Positions 28,774 to 39,650 are shown, counted from the stretch's first letter. The stretch: DNA of 64,000 nucleotides from Candidatus Aminicenantes bacterium (GCA_963736255.1 CAVTOI010000003.1:1300400-1364399); one strand, 5' to 3'. Translations and numbers: made by a program. Notes: generated by a model not told the origin, from the letters alone.

Positions 28774-29697
28774 ATGAGCCCATTTTCGGATACGAGCCTC
28801 GTTTGGAAGAACGGCCAGCTCATCCCTTGGAAGGACGCGACGATCCACCTGGCCTCCCACGTCGTTCACTACGGGAGCTGCCTCTTCGAGGGCCTGCGGG
28901 CCTACGAGACGCCCATGGGGACGGCCATCTTCCGGCTCAAGGAGCACACCCGGCGACTGTACAACTCGTGCAAGATCTACCGGATGGAGGTCCCCTACAC
29001 GCAGGACGAGTTCAACAAGGCGGTCGTCGATTGCGTCCGGGCCAACGCGCTCAAGGCCTGCTACATCCGGCCCATCATCTACCGCGGCTACAACATGCTC
29101 GGCGTCAATCCCTTCCCCAACCCCGTCGATTGCGCCGTCATGGTCTGGGAGTGGGGCAAGTACCTGGGTCCCGAGGCCTTGGAGAACGGCATCGACGTCT
29201 GCGTATCCTCCTGGGCCCGGATGGCCCCGAACTCTTTCCCGGCCTTGGCCAAGGCCGGGGCCAACTACATGAACTCACAGCTCATCAAGATGGAGGCCCT
29301 GCTTGACGGCTACGAGGAGGGCATCGCGCTCAATATCCGCGGCCACGTCAGCGAGGGGAGCGGCGAGAACCTCTTCTTGGTCATCGACGGCGCTGTCCTG
29401 ACCCCGCCGCTGTCGTCATCGGTCCTGCCGGGCATCACCCGGGACTCGGTCATGACGCTCTTCCGCGACATGGGCGTCCGAGTCGTCGAGGAGACGATAC
29501 CGCGGGAGATGCTCTACGTCGCCGATGAGGTCTTCTTCACGGGCTCGGCCGCTGAGATCACCCCCATCAGGTCGATCGACAAGATCACGATCGGCTCCGG
29601 CAAGCGCGGGCCTCTGACCGAGAAGGTCCAGAAGGCCTTTTTCGAGGTCGTTGACGGCAAGCGGGCCGACACCCGCGGCTGGCTGACGTTCGTTTGA
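28774..29697 (+). CDS. ilvE: Branched-chain amino acid aminotransferase (class IV PLP)
   Basis: RBS AAGGAG then MSPFSDTSLVWKNGQLIPW...; class IV aminotransferase motifs (E..R.Y.........ENLF); the table ORF from 28663 includes upstream junk. Confidence 0.9.
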   Translation: MSPFSDTSLVWKNGQLIPWKDATIHLASHVVHYGSCLFEGLRAYETPMGTAIFRLKEHTRRLYNSCKIYRMEVPYTQDEFNKAVVDCVRANALKACYIRPIIYRGYNMLGVNPFPNPVDCAVMVWEWGKYLGPEALENGIDVCVSSWARMAPNSFPALAKAGANYMNSQLIKMEALLDGYEEGIALNIRGHVSEGSGENLFLVIDGAVLTPPLSSSVLPGITRDSVMTLFRDMGVRVVEETIPREMLYVADEVFFTGSAAEITPIRSIDKITIGSGKRGPLTEKVQKAFFEVVDGKRADTRGWLTFV

Positions 29698-29719
29698 GAC
29701 CGTTCGCGAGGAGGTTCTC

Positions 29720-30877
29720 ATGGTCATCGATGAATTCCTGAAGATCGCCATCGAGCGGGATGCTTCGGACCTTCACTTCAAGGCCGGCAACAACCCCATG
29801 ATCCGGGTCCACGGCACCCTCACGCCGCTGACCGGCTATCCCCGGCTGACCGCCGCCGACTGCGAGGAGCTCTCGTTCCAGATGATGACCGAGGCCCAGC
29901 GCAAGCGGCTGCTCGAGGACCTCGATATCGACCTGGCCTACAGCCTGCCGGGCTTCGGCCGCTTCCGCGGCAGCATCTACCACCAGCGCGGCTCCCTGGC
30001 CATTGCCCTGCGCATCATTCCCCTCGAGATCAAGACCATCCGGCAGCTCCTCCTGCCCGAGGTCCTGGAGAAGATCGCTTTCTACCAGCGCGGCCTCGTC
30101 CTCGTCACGGGCACGACGGGAAGCGGCAAGACGACGAGCCTGGCGGCCATGGTCGACTACATCAATACCTTCCGCCGCGAGAACATCATTACCATCGAGG
30201 ACCCCATCGAGTACCTCCACAAGGACAAGAAGAGCACGATCAGCCAGCGCGAGGTCGGCATGGACGTCACCAGCTTCGCCCGGGGCCTCCGCGGCTGCAT
30301 GCGCGAGGACCCCGACGTCATCCTCGTCGGCGAGATGCGGGACCTCGACACGATCGACACGGCCCTCCTGGCGGCCGAGACCGGCCATCTCGTCCTGAGC
30401 ACGCTCCACACGCTCGACGCGCCCGAGAGCATCAACCGGATCATCTCCGTCTTCCCCCCGCACCACCAGCGCCAGGTCCGGCTCCAGCTGGCCTCGATCC
30501 TCAAGGCCATCATCTCCATGCGCCTCATCCCGCGCATGGACGGTCAGGGCCGCGTCCCTGCCGTCGAGGCCATGATCGCCACGCCGTACATCCAGGAGTG
30601 CATCGCCGAGAAGGACAAGACCGGCCTCATCCGCGACGCCATCACGGCCGGCGTCTCCCAGTACGGCATGCAGACCTTCGACCAGTCCATCTACCAGCTC
30701 TACCGCGACGGCTACATCTCCTTCGAGCAGGGGATGAAGTACTCCTCCAACCCCGACAACTTCAAGCTCCGCATCATGGGCATCCAGTCGACTCTCGACA
30801 TCGCCACCGAGGAGATGGAGAAGGGCATGAGCAAGGTCGAGCGGGCGGAGGGAGGGTCGGAAGAAGAGCCCAAATGA
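29720..30877 (+). CDS. pilT: Type IV pilus retraction ATPase PilT
   Basis: Walker A GTTGSGKTT, Asp box, Walker B, His box (LVLSTLHT), AIRNLIRE-like motif. Confidence 0.9.
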   Translation: MVIDEFLKIAIERDASDLHFKAGNNPMIRVHGTLTPLTGYPRLTAADCEELSFQMMTEAQRKRLLEDLDIDLAYSLPGFGRFRGSIYHQRGSLAIALRIIPLEIKTIRQLLLPEVLEKIAFYQRGLVLVTGTTGSGKTTSLAAMVDYINTFRRENIITIEDPIEYLHKDKKSTISQREVGMDVTSFARGLRGCMREDPDVILVGEMRDLDTIDTALLAAETGHLVLSTLHTLDAPESINRIISVFPPHHQRQVRLQLASILKAIISMRLIPRMDGQGRVPAVEAMIATPYIQECIAEKDKTGLIRDAITAGVSQYGMQTFDQSIYQLYRDGYISFEQGMKYSSNPDNFKLRIMGIQSTLDIATEEMEKGMSKVERAEGGSEEEPK

Positions 30878-33537
30878 AGGCCCAGCGCGTCCGCGAGACC
30901 TTCCTCCAGTACTTCGCCGAGCGGGGCCACAAGATCGTCCGGAGCTCCCCGCTCCTGCCCAAGGACGACCCGACCATCCTGTTCGCCAACGCCGGGATGA
31001 ACCAGTTCAAGAACGTCTTCCTGGGGCTCGAAAAGCGGGGCTACACGCGGGCCGCCACGGTCCAGAAGTGCATGCGCGTCAGCGGCAAGCACAACGATCT
31101 CGAGACCGTCGGCCGGACGGCCAAGCATCACACCTTCTTCGAGATGCTCGGCAACTTTTCCTTCGGGGACTACTTCAAGCGCGAGGCCGTCAGCTTCGCC
31201 TGGGAGCTCGTCACCGGGGTCTTCGGCCTGCCGAAGGACCGTCTCTACGCGACGGTCTACCTCGACGACGACGAGGCCTTCCGCCTCTGGGCCGACGAGA
31301 TCGGCGTGCCGAAGTCGAGGATCTTCCGCTACGGCAAGAAGGACAACTTCTGGGCCATGGGCGACACCGGCCCCTGCGGTCCCTGCTCCGAGATCCACTA
31401 TGATCTCGGCGAGGAGATCGAGCCGGGCGACCCCTTCGCCCTGATCGAGAAGGGGAGCGACCGCTTTGTCGAGCTCTGGAACCTCGTCTTCATGGAATTC
31501 GACCAGGGCGCCGACGGCGTGATGCGGCCTCTGCCCTCGCCTTCGATCGACACGGGCATGGGCCTCGAGCGCATGACCGCCGTCGTCCAGGGCAAGCGGA
31601 GCAACTACGACACCGACCTGTTCATGCCGCTCATCGATGCCGCGTGCGAGATGGCCCGCCGCGAGTACCCGGCCGGCGACGAAGGCGACGTCGCGATCCG
31701 GATCATCGCCGATCACGTCCGGGCGGTGACCTTCCTCATCGGCGACGGCGTCTCGCCGGCCAACGACGGGCGCGGCTACGTCCTCCGGCGCCTCATCCGC
31801 CGGGCCTTCCGGCGGGGTAACTTCGTCGGCATCGACCGGCCGTTCCTGTTCGAGCTCGTCGGGCGCGTCGCCGACGTCATGAAGGAGGCCTACCCCGAGC
31901 TCCTGGCCTCGGTCGAATACATCTCCAAGGTCTGCCTGGCCGAGGAGGAGCGGTTCGCCTTCACCCTCTCCTCGGGCCTGCGCTTTTTCGACCAGGTCGT
32001 CCGCGAGACCCGGGAGCAGGGCGGCGTCGTCCTGCCCGGCGATAAGGTGTTCAGGCTCTACGACACCTTCGGCTTCCCGCTCGACCTGTCGCAGGAGCTG
32101 GCCAGCGAGAAGACCTTGTCCGTGGACGAGGCCGGATTCGCCCGGGAGCTCGAGGAGCAGAAGAAACGGGCCCGGCTGTCCTGGAAAGGCGAGGCGAAGA
32201 GGAAAGAGAAGCAGATCTACGATGACTTCAGGGACCTCAAGGTCCGCTCCTGCGTCCACGAGATGACCGGGACGGCCGATGTTCGCGTCCTCGGCCTTCT
32301 CAAGGACGGCCACAAGGCCGAGGTCCTGCGGGCGGGCGACGCCGGAGAGGTCATCCTCGAGGAGACACCCTTCTACGCCGAAGCCGGCGGCCAGGTCGGC
32401 GATACCGGCTCGCTCAAGGGCCCGCGATTCTCCGCCCTTGTCACCGGCGTTTTCTATGCCACCCCCGACGTCATCGTCCACGGCGTCCAGGTCCTCTCGG
32501 GCGAGCTCCGCGAGGGGGACCGCGTCGACGCCGCGCCCGACCTTGTCCGCCGGCAGGCCGTATCGAACAACCACACGGCCACCCACCTTCTCCACGCGGC
32601 CCTGAGGCAGGTCCTCGGCGACCACGTCAAGCAGGCCGGCTCCCTCGTCTCTCCGGAGCGGCTGCGCTTTGATTTTACCCATTTCGCGGCCCTGAAGCGC
32701 GAGGAGGTCCGGCGGGTCGAGGAGATCGTCAACGCCGGGGTCCGGGCCGATATCGCCCTTGAAACGCGCGTGACCTCGCTCGACGAAGGCATCCGCGAAG
32801 GGGCCATGGCCATCTTCGAGGAAAAGTACGGCGAATCGGTCCGGGTCGTCGGCATCGGCGACTTCAGCAAGGAGCTCTGCGGCGGCGTCCACGTCCGGGC
32901 CACGGGCCAGATCGGGCTATTCAAGATCGTCTCCGAGACGAGCGTCGCGGCGGGCATGCGCCGGATCGAGGCCGTGACCGGCGATGAGGCCACTCGCTAC
33001 GTCCGGGAGCTCGAGGACGATCTCACGGGCATGGAGAAGAGCCTGGGTGTCGCGCGAAAGGACCTGCCGGCCAGGATCGACAAGCTCCAGGCCCGGGTCG
33101 ACGAGCTCGAGAAGGAAGCGAGGGAGCTTCGGAAGAAGATGATCGCCGGAGCGGGCGGAGTCGCTTCGGGCGAGGGCGCCGGCGTTCCGGCCGCGGTCCC
33201 GACCGTCAAGGGCATCTCCGTCCTGGTCCAGAGGAAGGACGGATTGACCATGGCCGAGCTGCGGGAAACGGCCGACGCCCTGAAAAATCGGCTCAAGAGC
33301 GGCGGCGTCGTCGTTTTGGGAGGCGTCAGCGGGGACAAGGCCTTCGTCGTCGCCAGCGTGACGAAAGACGCGGCCGGCCGCGTCCCGGCCAACGCCCTCA
33401 TCAAAGAGCTCGCGGCGGTCATCGGCGGCGGGGGAGGGGGGCGCCCCGACTTCGCCCAGTCCGGCGGCCCCGGCACCGGGGAGCTCGACAAGGCCCTTGG
33501 CCTCGTCCCCGGCCTGGTCGAGCGCCTGGCGGCCTGA
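30874..33537 (+). CDS. alaS: Alanine--tRNA ligase
   Basis: ATG 30874 overlaps the pilT stop (ATGA); MKAQRVRETFLQYFAERGHKIV...FANAGMNQFK; editing domain HxxxH, C-Ala domain; the table ORF from 30598 is upstream read-through. Confidence 0.95.
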   Translation: MKAQRVRETFLQYFAERGHKIVRSSPLLPKDDPTILFANAGMNQFKNVFLGLEKRGYTRAATVQKCMRVSGKHNDLETVGRTAKHHTFFEMLGNFSFGDYFKREAVSFAWELVTGVFGLPKDRLYATVYLDDDEAFRLWADEIGVPKSRIFRYGKKDNFWAMGDTGPCGPCSEIHYDLGEEIEPGDPFALIEKGSDRFVELWNLVFMEFDQGADGVMRPLPSPSIDTGMGLERMTAVVQGKRSNYDTDLFMPLIDAACEMARREYPAGDEGDVAIRIIADHVRAVTFLIGDGVSPANDGRGYVLRRLIRRAFRRGNFVGIDRPFLFELVGRVADVMKEAYPELLASVEYISKVCLAEEERFAFTLSSGLRFFDQVVRETREQGGVVLPGDKVFRLYDTFGFPLDLSQELASEKTLSVDEAGFARELEEQKKRARLSWKGEAKRKEKQIYDDFRDLKVRSCVHEMTGTADVRVLGLLKDGHKAEVLRAGDAGEVILEETPFYAEAGGQVGDTGSLKGPRFSALVTGVFYATPDVIVHGVQVLSGELREGDRVDAAPDLVRRQAVSNNHTATHLLHAALRQVLGDHVKQAGSLVSPERLRFDFTHFAALKREEVRRVEEIVNAGVRADIALETRVTSLDEGIREGAMAIFEEKYGESVRVVGIGDFSKELCGGVHVRATGQIGLFKIVSETSVAAGMRRIEAVTGDEATRYVRELEDDLTGMEKSLGVARKDLPARIDKLQARVDELEKEARELRKKMIAGAGGVASGEGAGVPAAVPTVKGISVLVQRKDGLTMAELRETADALKNRLKSGGVVVLGGVSGDKAFVVASVTKDAAGRVPANALIKELAAVIGGGGGGRPDFAQSGGPGTGELDKALGLVPGLVERLAA

Positions 33538-33604
33538 CCCCCGGATTCACCCCTGGCGGGGATTGCTATAAAGACCGCGTTTTGCCAAGATAGAGCGAGC
33601 GGCG

Positions 33605-34168
33605 ATGAAGAACGCCAAACGGATATCTGCGGCCCTGCTCCTTTTCGCGCTCGCTCCCTGCCTCATCGCGGCCTCGGCGGCCGACCTCCGCAAGCTCTAC
33701 CACCCCATCGTCAAGAAGGTCGCCGGGAAGAACGGCATCGATCCGGAGCTCGTCCACATCATCATCCGGGCCGAATCCAATTACGATGCCTTCGCCGTCT
33801 CCTCGGCCGGGGCCATGGGACTGATGCAGCTCATGCCGGCCACGGCTTACGAATACGGCGTCAAGAACATCTTCGATCCGGCCCAGAACATCGAAGGCGG
33901 GGTCCGCTACCTCAAGGACCTGGTCCGCCTCTATAAAGGCCAGAAGGACCAGACCAAGCTCGTCCTCGCCGCCTACAACGCGGGCCAGGAGGCCGTCCGC
34001 AGGTACAAGGGCATCCCGCCGTATCCGGAAACGAAGTCCTATATCGCCGGGATCATGCGGACCTACAAGAAGCCGACGGTCTCAACGCTCAACGCCACCT
34101 ACATGGTCAGGGATGCGAACGGAAAGACCATTCTGGTGAACGACCCGGAAACGGTCAAGAAGAAATAG
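33605..34168 (+). CDS. Lytic transglycosylase (SLT domain) with signal peptide
   Basis: ESNYDAFAVSSAGAMGLMQLMPATA...AYNAG motif set. Confidence 0.8.
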   Translation: MKNAKRISAALLLFALAPCLIAASAADLRKLYHPIVKKVAGKNGIDPELVHIIIRAESNYDAFAVSSAGAMGLMQLMPATAYEYGVKNIFDPAQNIEGGVRYLKDLVRLYKGQKDQTKLVLAAYNAGQEAVRRYKGIPPYPETKSYIAGIMRTYKKPTVSTLNATYMVRDANGKTILVNDPETVKKK

Positions 34169-34173
34169 GATCG

Positions 34174-35121
34174 CTACCGGCTGGCGGGCTGAAGGAAGCC
34201 TTTGATGAGCAGGTTGCGGGGGAAGATCTCGAAGACCGCGGGCAGCCGGCCGAGCTGATCGCCGTCGAGCTCGAGCAGGACGTTCTCGCCCTCCCCGGGC
34301 CAGGCCTCGACCTTCCGGCCCTTCACCACCGTGACCTTCGGGTGGGTGACGTGGCTGCCGTTCATGAGCTTCCACCCGTGGCGGCAGAACTCGAAAAAGC
34401 GGAAGCCCCGGATAAGGACCGCGTCGAAGAGGCCGTCGTCCAGCTCAGCGCCCGGCGCGACCTTCATGCCCTTGCCGAAGATCTTGCCGTTGGCCACGGC
34501 GCCGATGAGGTATTCGCCGTCGGGCAGGTCCCTGCCGTCGACGCGGATGCGGACCCGCTTGTTCCTGTAGCGGGCCATCGTCGAGACGAGGCAGCGGACG
34601 TAGGAGGAGGCCCTTCGCTGGAGGCGCCGCTCCGTGACCTCGCGGACGACCTCGCCGCCGATGCCGAAATCGGCGATGTTCAGGAAGAAGCGGTCCTCTT
34701 CGCGGCCGTCGTTCGATGTGTAGCGGACCTTGCCCACGTCCATGCGCACGGCCGTGGCGTCGGAGATGACCTTCAGGGCCCCCTTGAGCCCCGCCGGGAT
34801 GTTCAGGCTCCTGACGAGGTCGCAGCCCGTTCCCGAGGGGACGACGCCCAGAGTGGCTTCGGGGTTGATGATCCGGCGGTCCTCGTAGAAACCGTTGGCG
34901 ATCTCGTTCATCGTCCCGTCGCCGCCGACGCCGATAACGAGCTCGGCGCCGTCCTTGATGGCCTCGCGGGCGATATCGGTCGCGTGCTGGGGCTTCTCGG
35001 TGAACTCGAACTTGAACTCCCGGACGAAGTGCCGCAGGCCTTCGCGGATCTCGCCCCAGCGCTTGCGGGTCCGGCCCCGGTTCGACTCCGGGTTGATGAT
35101 GACCTTGGTCTTAAGCCGCAT
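34174..35121 (-). CDS. Diacylglycerol/lipid kinase-family protein (DAGK_cat, YegS-like)
   Basis: ...LVIGVGGDGTMNEIANG... catalytic-domain signature. Confidence 0.8.
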   Translation of the reverse strand: MRLKTKVIINPESNRGRTRKRWGEIREGLRHFVREFKFEFTEKPQHATDIAREAIKDGAELVIGVGGDGTMNEIANGFYEDRRIINPEATLGVVPSGTGCDLVRSLNIPAGLKGALKVISDATAVRMDVGKVRYTSNDGREEDRFFLNIADFGIGGEVVREVTERRLQRRASSYVRCLVSTMARYRNKRVRIRVDGRDLPDGEYLIGAVANGKIFGKGMKVAPGAELDDGLFDAVLIRGFRFFEFCRHGWKLMNGSHVTHPKVTVVKGRKVEAWPGEGENVLLELDGDQLGRLPAVFEIFPRNLLIKGFLQPASR

Positions 35122-35653
35122 CGGGGGGTCCTGGCGCGGCCGGGGGAGGGGCGGCGGGGGAGGGAGGCGGCGGCGCGGCAGGCAGGGCCTTCTTGCCGAA
35201 GAGGGAGACGCCGATGATGCCGCCGAGCGCGCCGACGACCGTGAATACGGCGGCCGATACGAACAGTCCGAGGAGGAACCATCCCGGCGAGGTCATGCCG
35301 GAGCCATTGAGCATCTCGTCGAGGTTGGCCGGCATCTCGCCGCCGATCTCCGAGGCCTTTTCGACGATGCGCCGGGCCAGCTCCATGTTGAAGGAGCGCA
35401 GGGGGATGGAAACGACGGCCTCGACGACGGCGGCGACGATCCCGGTCAGGGCGCCGACGATGGCGCCGTCGCCCGCCTTGAGGATGCCGGGGGTCGAGGC
35501 GGAGAGGAGCTTGACGGCCATGGCCGCGCCGCCCACGATCCACAGGCAGCAGATGCAGTTGCCGGCGCCGATGAAGGGGAGGCCCGAGAGCAACCCGGCC
35601 ACGGCTCCCGCGATGAGGGCCGGCCGGAGATAAGCGGGTTTCTGCTGGTCCAT
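35111..35653 (-). CDS. Hypothetical membrane protein with Pro/Ala-rich C-terminal tail
   Basis: Four predicted TM helices; GNCICC motif; no assignable family. Confidence 0.4.
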   Translation of the reverse strand: MDQQKPAYLRPALIAGAVAGLLSGLPFIGAGNCICCLWIVGGAAMAVKLLSASTPGILKAGDGAIVGALTGIVAAVVEAVVSIPLRSFNMELARRIVEKASEIGGEMPANLDEMLNGSGMTSPGWFLLGLFVSAAVFTVVGALGGIIGVSLFGKKALPAAPPPPSPAAPPPAAPGPPDAA

Positions 35654-35674
35654 GGATCCTCCTTGCCGTCCGGC

Positions 35675-36205
35675 CTATTCTACTTTGTTTGAGCCGGGTC
35701 TTTCAAGTGCCCGGGCGGCGGCCCGTTCCCTCCTCGTTCGGAAGAAGTCGGCCACCCCGGCCACGAGATAGAACGGCAGGACCGTGCCCCAGGCGAACCC
35801 CGTGGCGAAGCGCAGGCCGATCGGGCTCCGCCAGAGGCCGAGGATGCCGCCCGCGCCGTCAAGCGCCATCGGCAGCGTCAGCGCGATGAACAGCCGGGCC
35901 GGGGGGAGGGCGATGCGGGAGAAGCCTCTCAGGAACGGGTAGAGGACAAGTCCGGCCGCGAACCCGGCGTAGATCCCCAGGCAGCGGCCGCAGACGGCCA
36001 GCGGATGGCCGTCGAGGACAAAGCACCTTTCGGCGATCTGATGGCAGACCGGTGCGAAGACCGCATAAAGGAGCCGGGCCGGGCCGGAGGCGCCCCGGGC
36101 GGCGAGCCAGGGGGCCAGGATGATGGCCGCCAGCCAGATGACAGTCCCGGCGAGCGTCAGGAACCAGACCCTGCGCACGGACCGTGGGGCCACGGAAATC
36201 GGCAT
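35675..36205 (-). CDS. DUF2085-like membrane protein
   Basis: Multi-TM with conserved CHQ...CGRC motif typical of DUF2085. Confidence 0.5.
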   Translation of the reverse strand: MPISVAPRSVRRVWFLTLAGTVIWLAAIILAPWLAARGASGPARLLYAVFAPVCHQIAERCFVLDGHPLAVCGRCLGIYAGFAAGLVLYPFLRGFSRIALPPARLFIALTLPMALDGAGGILGLWRSPIGLRFATGFAWGTVLPFYLVAGVADFFRTRRERAAARALERPGSNKVE

Positions 36206-36347
36206 GCGTGCTATTATATTCGATACCGTCCCGGCCTGTCACTTTAAGCGCGCCAGGGAGTTAACGATTGACACGACCGGATGGTCTTGGGTAAATTAGG
36301 CGTGGATCCATATCCCATCACCCGGTCTCGTCAAAGAGGAGGACAAG

Positions 36348-38186
36348 ATGACCCGAAACCGCAGAGCCGGCTTGGTCCTGTTGGGCTCTCTCGTCCTGAC
36401 TTCGTCCTGGGCCGTGGCCCAGACCGAGGAGGCCAACAATATCCTCGGCCAGGCGGGCCCGAGCGTCCTGGCCCTCGTCAGCTACGGCTCCGACAAGGCC
36501 GAGATCATCAAGGGATCGGCCCTCGCCCTCAGCGAGGACATCGTCGTCACGGCCTATCACGTCGTTTCGCAGGCTTTCGACGTCGAAGGCCTCAACATCA
36601 AGGGCAAGAAGGTCAAGATCGACGGCATCATGGGTGTCGACAAGGCCCACGACATTGCCCTCCTTAAGCTCAAAGGGAAGCTCCAGGCCCTGCCCGTCGG
36701 CTCCATCGACAGCCTGACCGAGGGCGCCCGCCTCTTCGCCCTGGGCTCCAACGAATTGGGCCAGGTGGTCATCTCCGAGGGCACCTTCCGCAGGACCGTG
36801 GATCTCGGCGCCGCGGGCAAGATCCTCGAGATCTCGATGCCCTGCCCGGACGAGTTCCGCGGCGGGCCGCTCGTCGACGTCAACGGCCAGCTCATCGGCA
36901 TGGTGTTCGTTGGCGAGAAGAACCTCAACCTCAAGTTCGGTATGCCCATCGCCAGCCTCGTCAGCGTGCCTCGGACGGGGAAAGTCGCCGAGTTCAAATC
37001 CCAGGCCCCGGTGAATTACTTCGAGACCGTCGAAGGGAACAACTTCGCCGGCCGGGCGGCCCTGGGGCTCGACCAGCAGATGACGGCCCGGGTCCACATC
37101 GAAAGATCCGTCAAGCTCGATCCGTCCGACCTCCAGGGGCATCTCATCCTTGCCGAGATCTATTCCCGGCAGAGGGATTACACCCAGGCGGTGGCCGCCT
37201 ACCGGACGGTCTCCCAGCTCGATCCGAACCGGGCCGAGGCCTTTTATGGCCTGGGGACGATCCTGTTCAAGCAGACGCAGTATAAGGACGCGGCCGAAGC
37301 GTTGGAAAAGGCGGCGGCGTTGGGCTACGCCGGCAAGGAGGTCTATCTCGACCTCGGCGGCGCCTATGAGGCCGTCCCCGATCTCGCCAAAGCCGCCGCG
37401 GCCTATGAAAAGTACATCAGCCTCGGGCCGGCCGATGCTTGGGCCGCCCAGCTGCGCCTCGGCATCTGCCGGACGAAGCTCGAACAGTATGACGCATCCA
37501 TCGCCGCCCTCCTCGAAGCGCAGAAAGCCCAGCCCAATGACCTCAAGGTCCGCGACGCCCTGGCCGAGGCCTACGTCAAGGCCGGACAGCCCGAGAACGC
37601 CGAGGCCGTCTATGCGGCCATGGCCGGGCTCAATCCTCCCGAGGCCAAGAACTACTACCGCCAGGCTTACCAGATGTACGAGGCCGCGGGAAGGCCCGAC
37701 CGGGCCGTCGCCCCGCTCCTGAAGATCATCGAGCTCGATCCCAAGAACGAGACGAACTTCTATTATCTTGGCATGACTTACTTCAAGTCGCAGCAGTATG
37801 ATCAGGCCGTCGCCGCCTTCCAGCAAAGCCTGGCCATCAAGCCGGACTTCCCCCATGCCTGGTACCAGATCGGGTCTTCCTATTTCAGCGCCAAGAAGTA
37901 CAAGGAGGCCGCCGAGGCCTACAAGAAGTACGTCGCGCTGGCACCCAACGACGCGTCCGGCTGGCTGAACATCGGCGTCGCCTACAACCAGGCCAAGAAC
38001 TACGAGGCGGCCCTCGAGCCGCTGAAAAAGTGCGTCGAGCTCAAGCCCGACGACGCCGTGGCCCTGGCCAACCTGGCCATCGTCTATATCAACCTGAAGG
38101 ACAACTACAGCGCCAAGGAGATCTACAACAAGCTGCTGACCCTGGACCCGTCCATGGCCGAGAAGCTGAAGAAGTACATCCGTTGA
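36348..38186 (+). CDS. Secreted trypsin-like serine protease fused to a long TPR-repeat domain
   Basis: RBS AGGAGG; signal peptide; N-terminal chymotrypsin-fold segment (TAYHVV...; GGPLVD); ~400 aa of TPR repeats. Confidence 0.7.
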   Translation: MTRNRRAGLVLLGSLVLTSSWAVAQTEEANNILGQAGPSVLALVSYGSDKAEIIKGSALALSEDIVVTAYHVVSQAFDVEGLNIKGKKVKIDGIMGVDKAHDIALLKLKGKLQALPVGSIDSLTEGARLFALGSNELGQVVISEGTFRRTVDLGAAGKILEISMPCPDEFRGGPLVDVNGQLIGMVFVGEKNLNLKFGMPIASLVSVPRTGKVAEFKSQAPVNYFETVEGNNFAGRAALGLDQQMTARVHIERSVKLDPSDLQGHLILAEIYSRQRDYTQAVAAYRTVSQLDPNRAEAFYGLGTILFKQTQYKDAAEALEKAAALGYAGKEVYLDLGGAYEAVPDLAKAAAAYEKYISLGPADAWAAQLRLGICRTKLEQYDASIAALLEAQKAQPNDLKVRDALAEAYVKAGQPENAEAVYAAMAGLNPPEAKNYYRQAYQMYEAAGRPDRAVAPLLKIIELDPKNETNFYYLGMTYFKSQQYDQAVAAFQQSLAIKPDFPHAWYQIGSSYFSAKKYKEAAEAYKKYVALAPNDASGWLNIGVAYNQAKNYEAALEPLKKCVELKPDDAVALANLAIVYINLKDNYSAKEIYNKLLTLDPSMAEKLKKYIR

Positions 38187-38217
38187 CGTGAGAGTCCGGC
38201 AAGACCCGGACACGAAA

Positions 38218-38302
38218 GGGCAGATGGCGGAATTGGCAGACGCGCTAGGCTTAGGACCTAGTTCCTGATGAAGGAGTGCGGGTTCGAGTCCCGCTCTGCC
38301 TA
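38218..38302 (+). tRNA. tRNA-Leu(UAG), long variable arm, no encoded CCA
   Basis: GGGCAGA-UG-GCGGAAUUGGCAGACGC-G-CUAGG-CUUAGGA-CCUAG-long arm-GCGGGUUCGAGUCCCGC-UCUGCCU-A; near identical in architecture to E. coli tRNA-Leu. Confidence 0.85.
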
Positions 38303-38372
38303 CTGAGGTCCGGCCCCGCCCGGACCTGGGTCCCGCGCCGTCGCCGAACCCCCGAGTGAAAGAAGACATGCA

Positions 38373-39650
38373 ATGAACGCAGCAGGACGACAGAGCCGGC
38401 TCAGCGACCTCAGCCCGAGCCGCAAAGAGATCGAGCTCGAGATCCCCGAAGAGGAATTCCGCCAGGAATACGAGAGGATCCTCGGCGAGTACGTGGCCAA
38501 GGTCAAGCTCGACGGCTTCCGCAAGGGCCATGCGCCCCGGGAGCGGGTCCGGGGACTCTTCGACCACGACATCCGCCATGACGTCTATGACTCCCTCATC
38601 CCCCGGGTCCTCGAGGAGGAGCTCCGGGCCCTGCGCCTGAACCCGGTCAACGTGCCGGAGCTCAAGGACCTCAAGCACGAGGCCGGCCAGCCGGTGCGGT
38701 GCACGGCCGTTTTCGAGGTCCTGCCCGATTTCGAGCTGCCCGATTACCGGGCGGTCCGGATCGGGAAAAAGCCCGTGTCCGTGTCGGAGGAGGACGTCGA
38801 CAAGGCCCTGGAAGACATCCGGGCACGGGCCGCCGAGTACGTCCCTGTCGAGGGCCGCGGCGTCGCCGACGGCGATTATGCCGTCATCGAGATGCAGGGC
38901 CGCGACCAGGCGGCCAAGCGCCTCCTGCCCGTCGAGAAGGCCGTCGTCCTGGCCGGCCATGCCGAGAACGAGCCGGCCCTGAACGAGAAGATCATCGGCA
39001 TGACCCCGGGTGAGGAGCGCTTCTTCGAGGTCGTCTACCCCAAGGACCATGCCAACAAGCGCGTGGCCGGCAAGGATATCGTCTACGGCCTCAAGGTCCG
39101 CGAGATCAAGGAAAAGAAGCTCCCCGGCCTGGACGACGAATTCGCCAAGAGCCTGGGCTCGCCCGAGGGCCTGGCGGCCCTCCGCGACAAGGTCCGCCAG
39201 GAGCTCCTTGCGGGCCGGGAGCGGGCCAGCCAGAACGAGACAGCCTCGGAGGTCCTCAAGGCCATCGGGGACAAGGTGACGCTGGAGCTGCCCGAATCCG
39301 TGATCGAGCAGGAGACCCTGGCCGTCCTGAGGAGGCTTCTATCCGCCTATCGGGACCATCGGATCCCGCCGGAAGCCGCGCAGAGCCTGAAGGCCGAGGC
39401 CCGCAACCAGGCCGTCGACCACCTCCGCAACCACCTCATTCTCGAGAGGATCGCCCAAAAAGAGGGCCTCACGGTAGGGGAGGAGGAGGTCCAGGAGGAG
39501 ATCCGCAGCCTGGCCAAGGCCAACCACGTCTCTGAGAGCGTCTTGGGGGAAATGATCCGCAAGGACGAGCACCGCCGGGAGGAAATGGCCGAGAACCTGC
39601 TCTTCCGCAAGACAGTTGACTTTCTCATGAAAATGGCTATAATTGGTTGA
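38373..39650 (+). CDS. tig: Trigger factor
   Basis: N-terminal ribosome-binding domain with GFRKGH signature (KLDGFRKGHAP); FKBP and C-terminal domains. Confidence 0.9.
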   Translation: MNAAGRQSRLSDLSPSRKEIELEIPEEEFRQEYERILGEYVAKVKLDGFRKGHAPRERVRGLFDHDIRHDVYDSLIPRVLEEELRALRLNPVNVPELKDLKHEAGQPVRCTAVFEVLPDFELPDYRAVRIGKKPVSVSEEDVDKALEDIRARAAEYVPVEGRGVADGDYAVIEMQGRDQAAKRLLPVEKAVVLAGHAENEPALNEKIIGMTPGEERFFEVVYPKDHANKRVAGKDIVYGLKVREIKEKKLPGLDDEFAKSLGSPEGLAALRDKVRQELLAGRERASQNETASEVLKAIGDKVTLELPESVIEQETLAVLRRLLSAYRDHRIPPEAAQSLKAEARNQAVDHLRNHLILERIAQKEGLTVGEEEVQEEIRSLAKANHVSESVLGEMIRKDEHRREEMAENLLFRKTVDFLMKMAIIG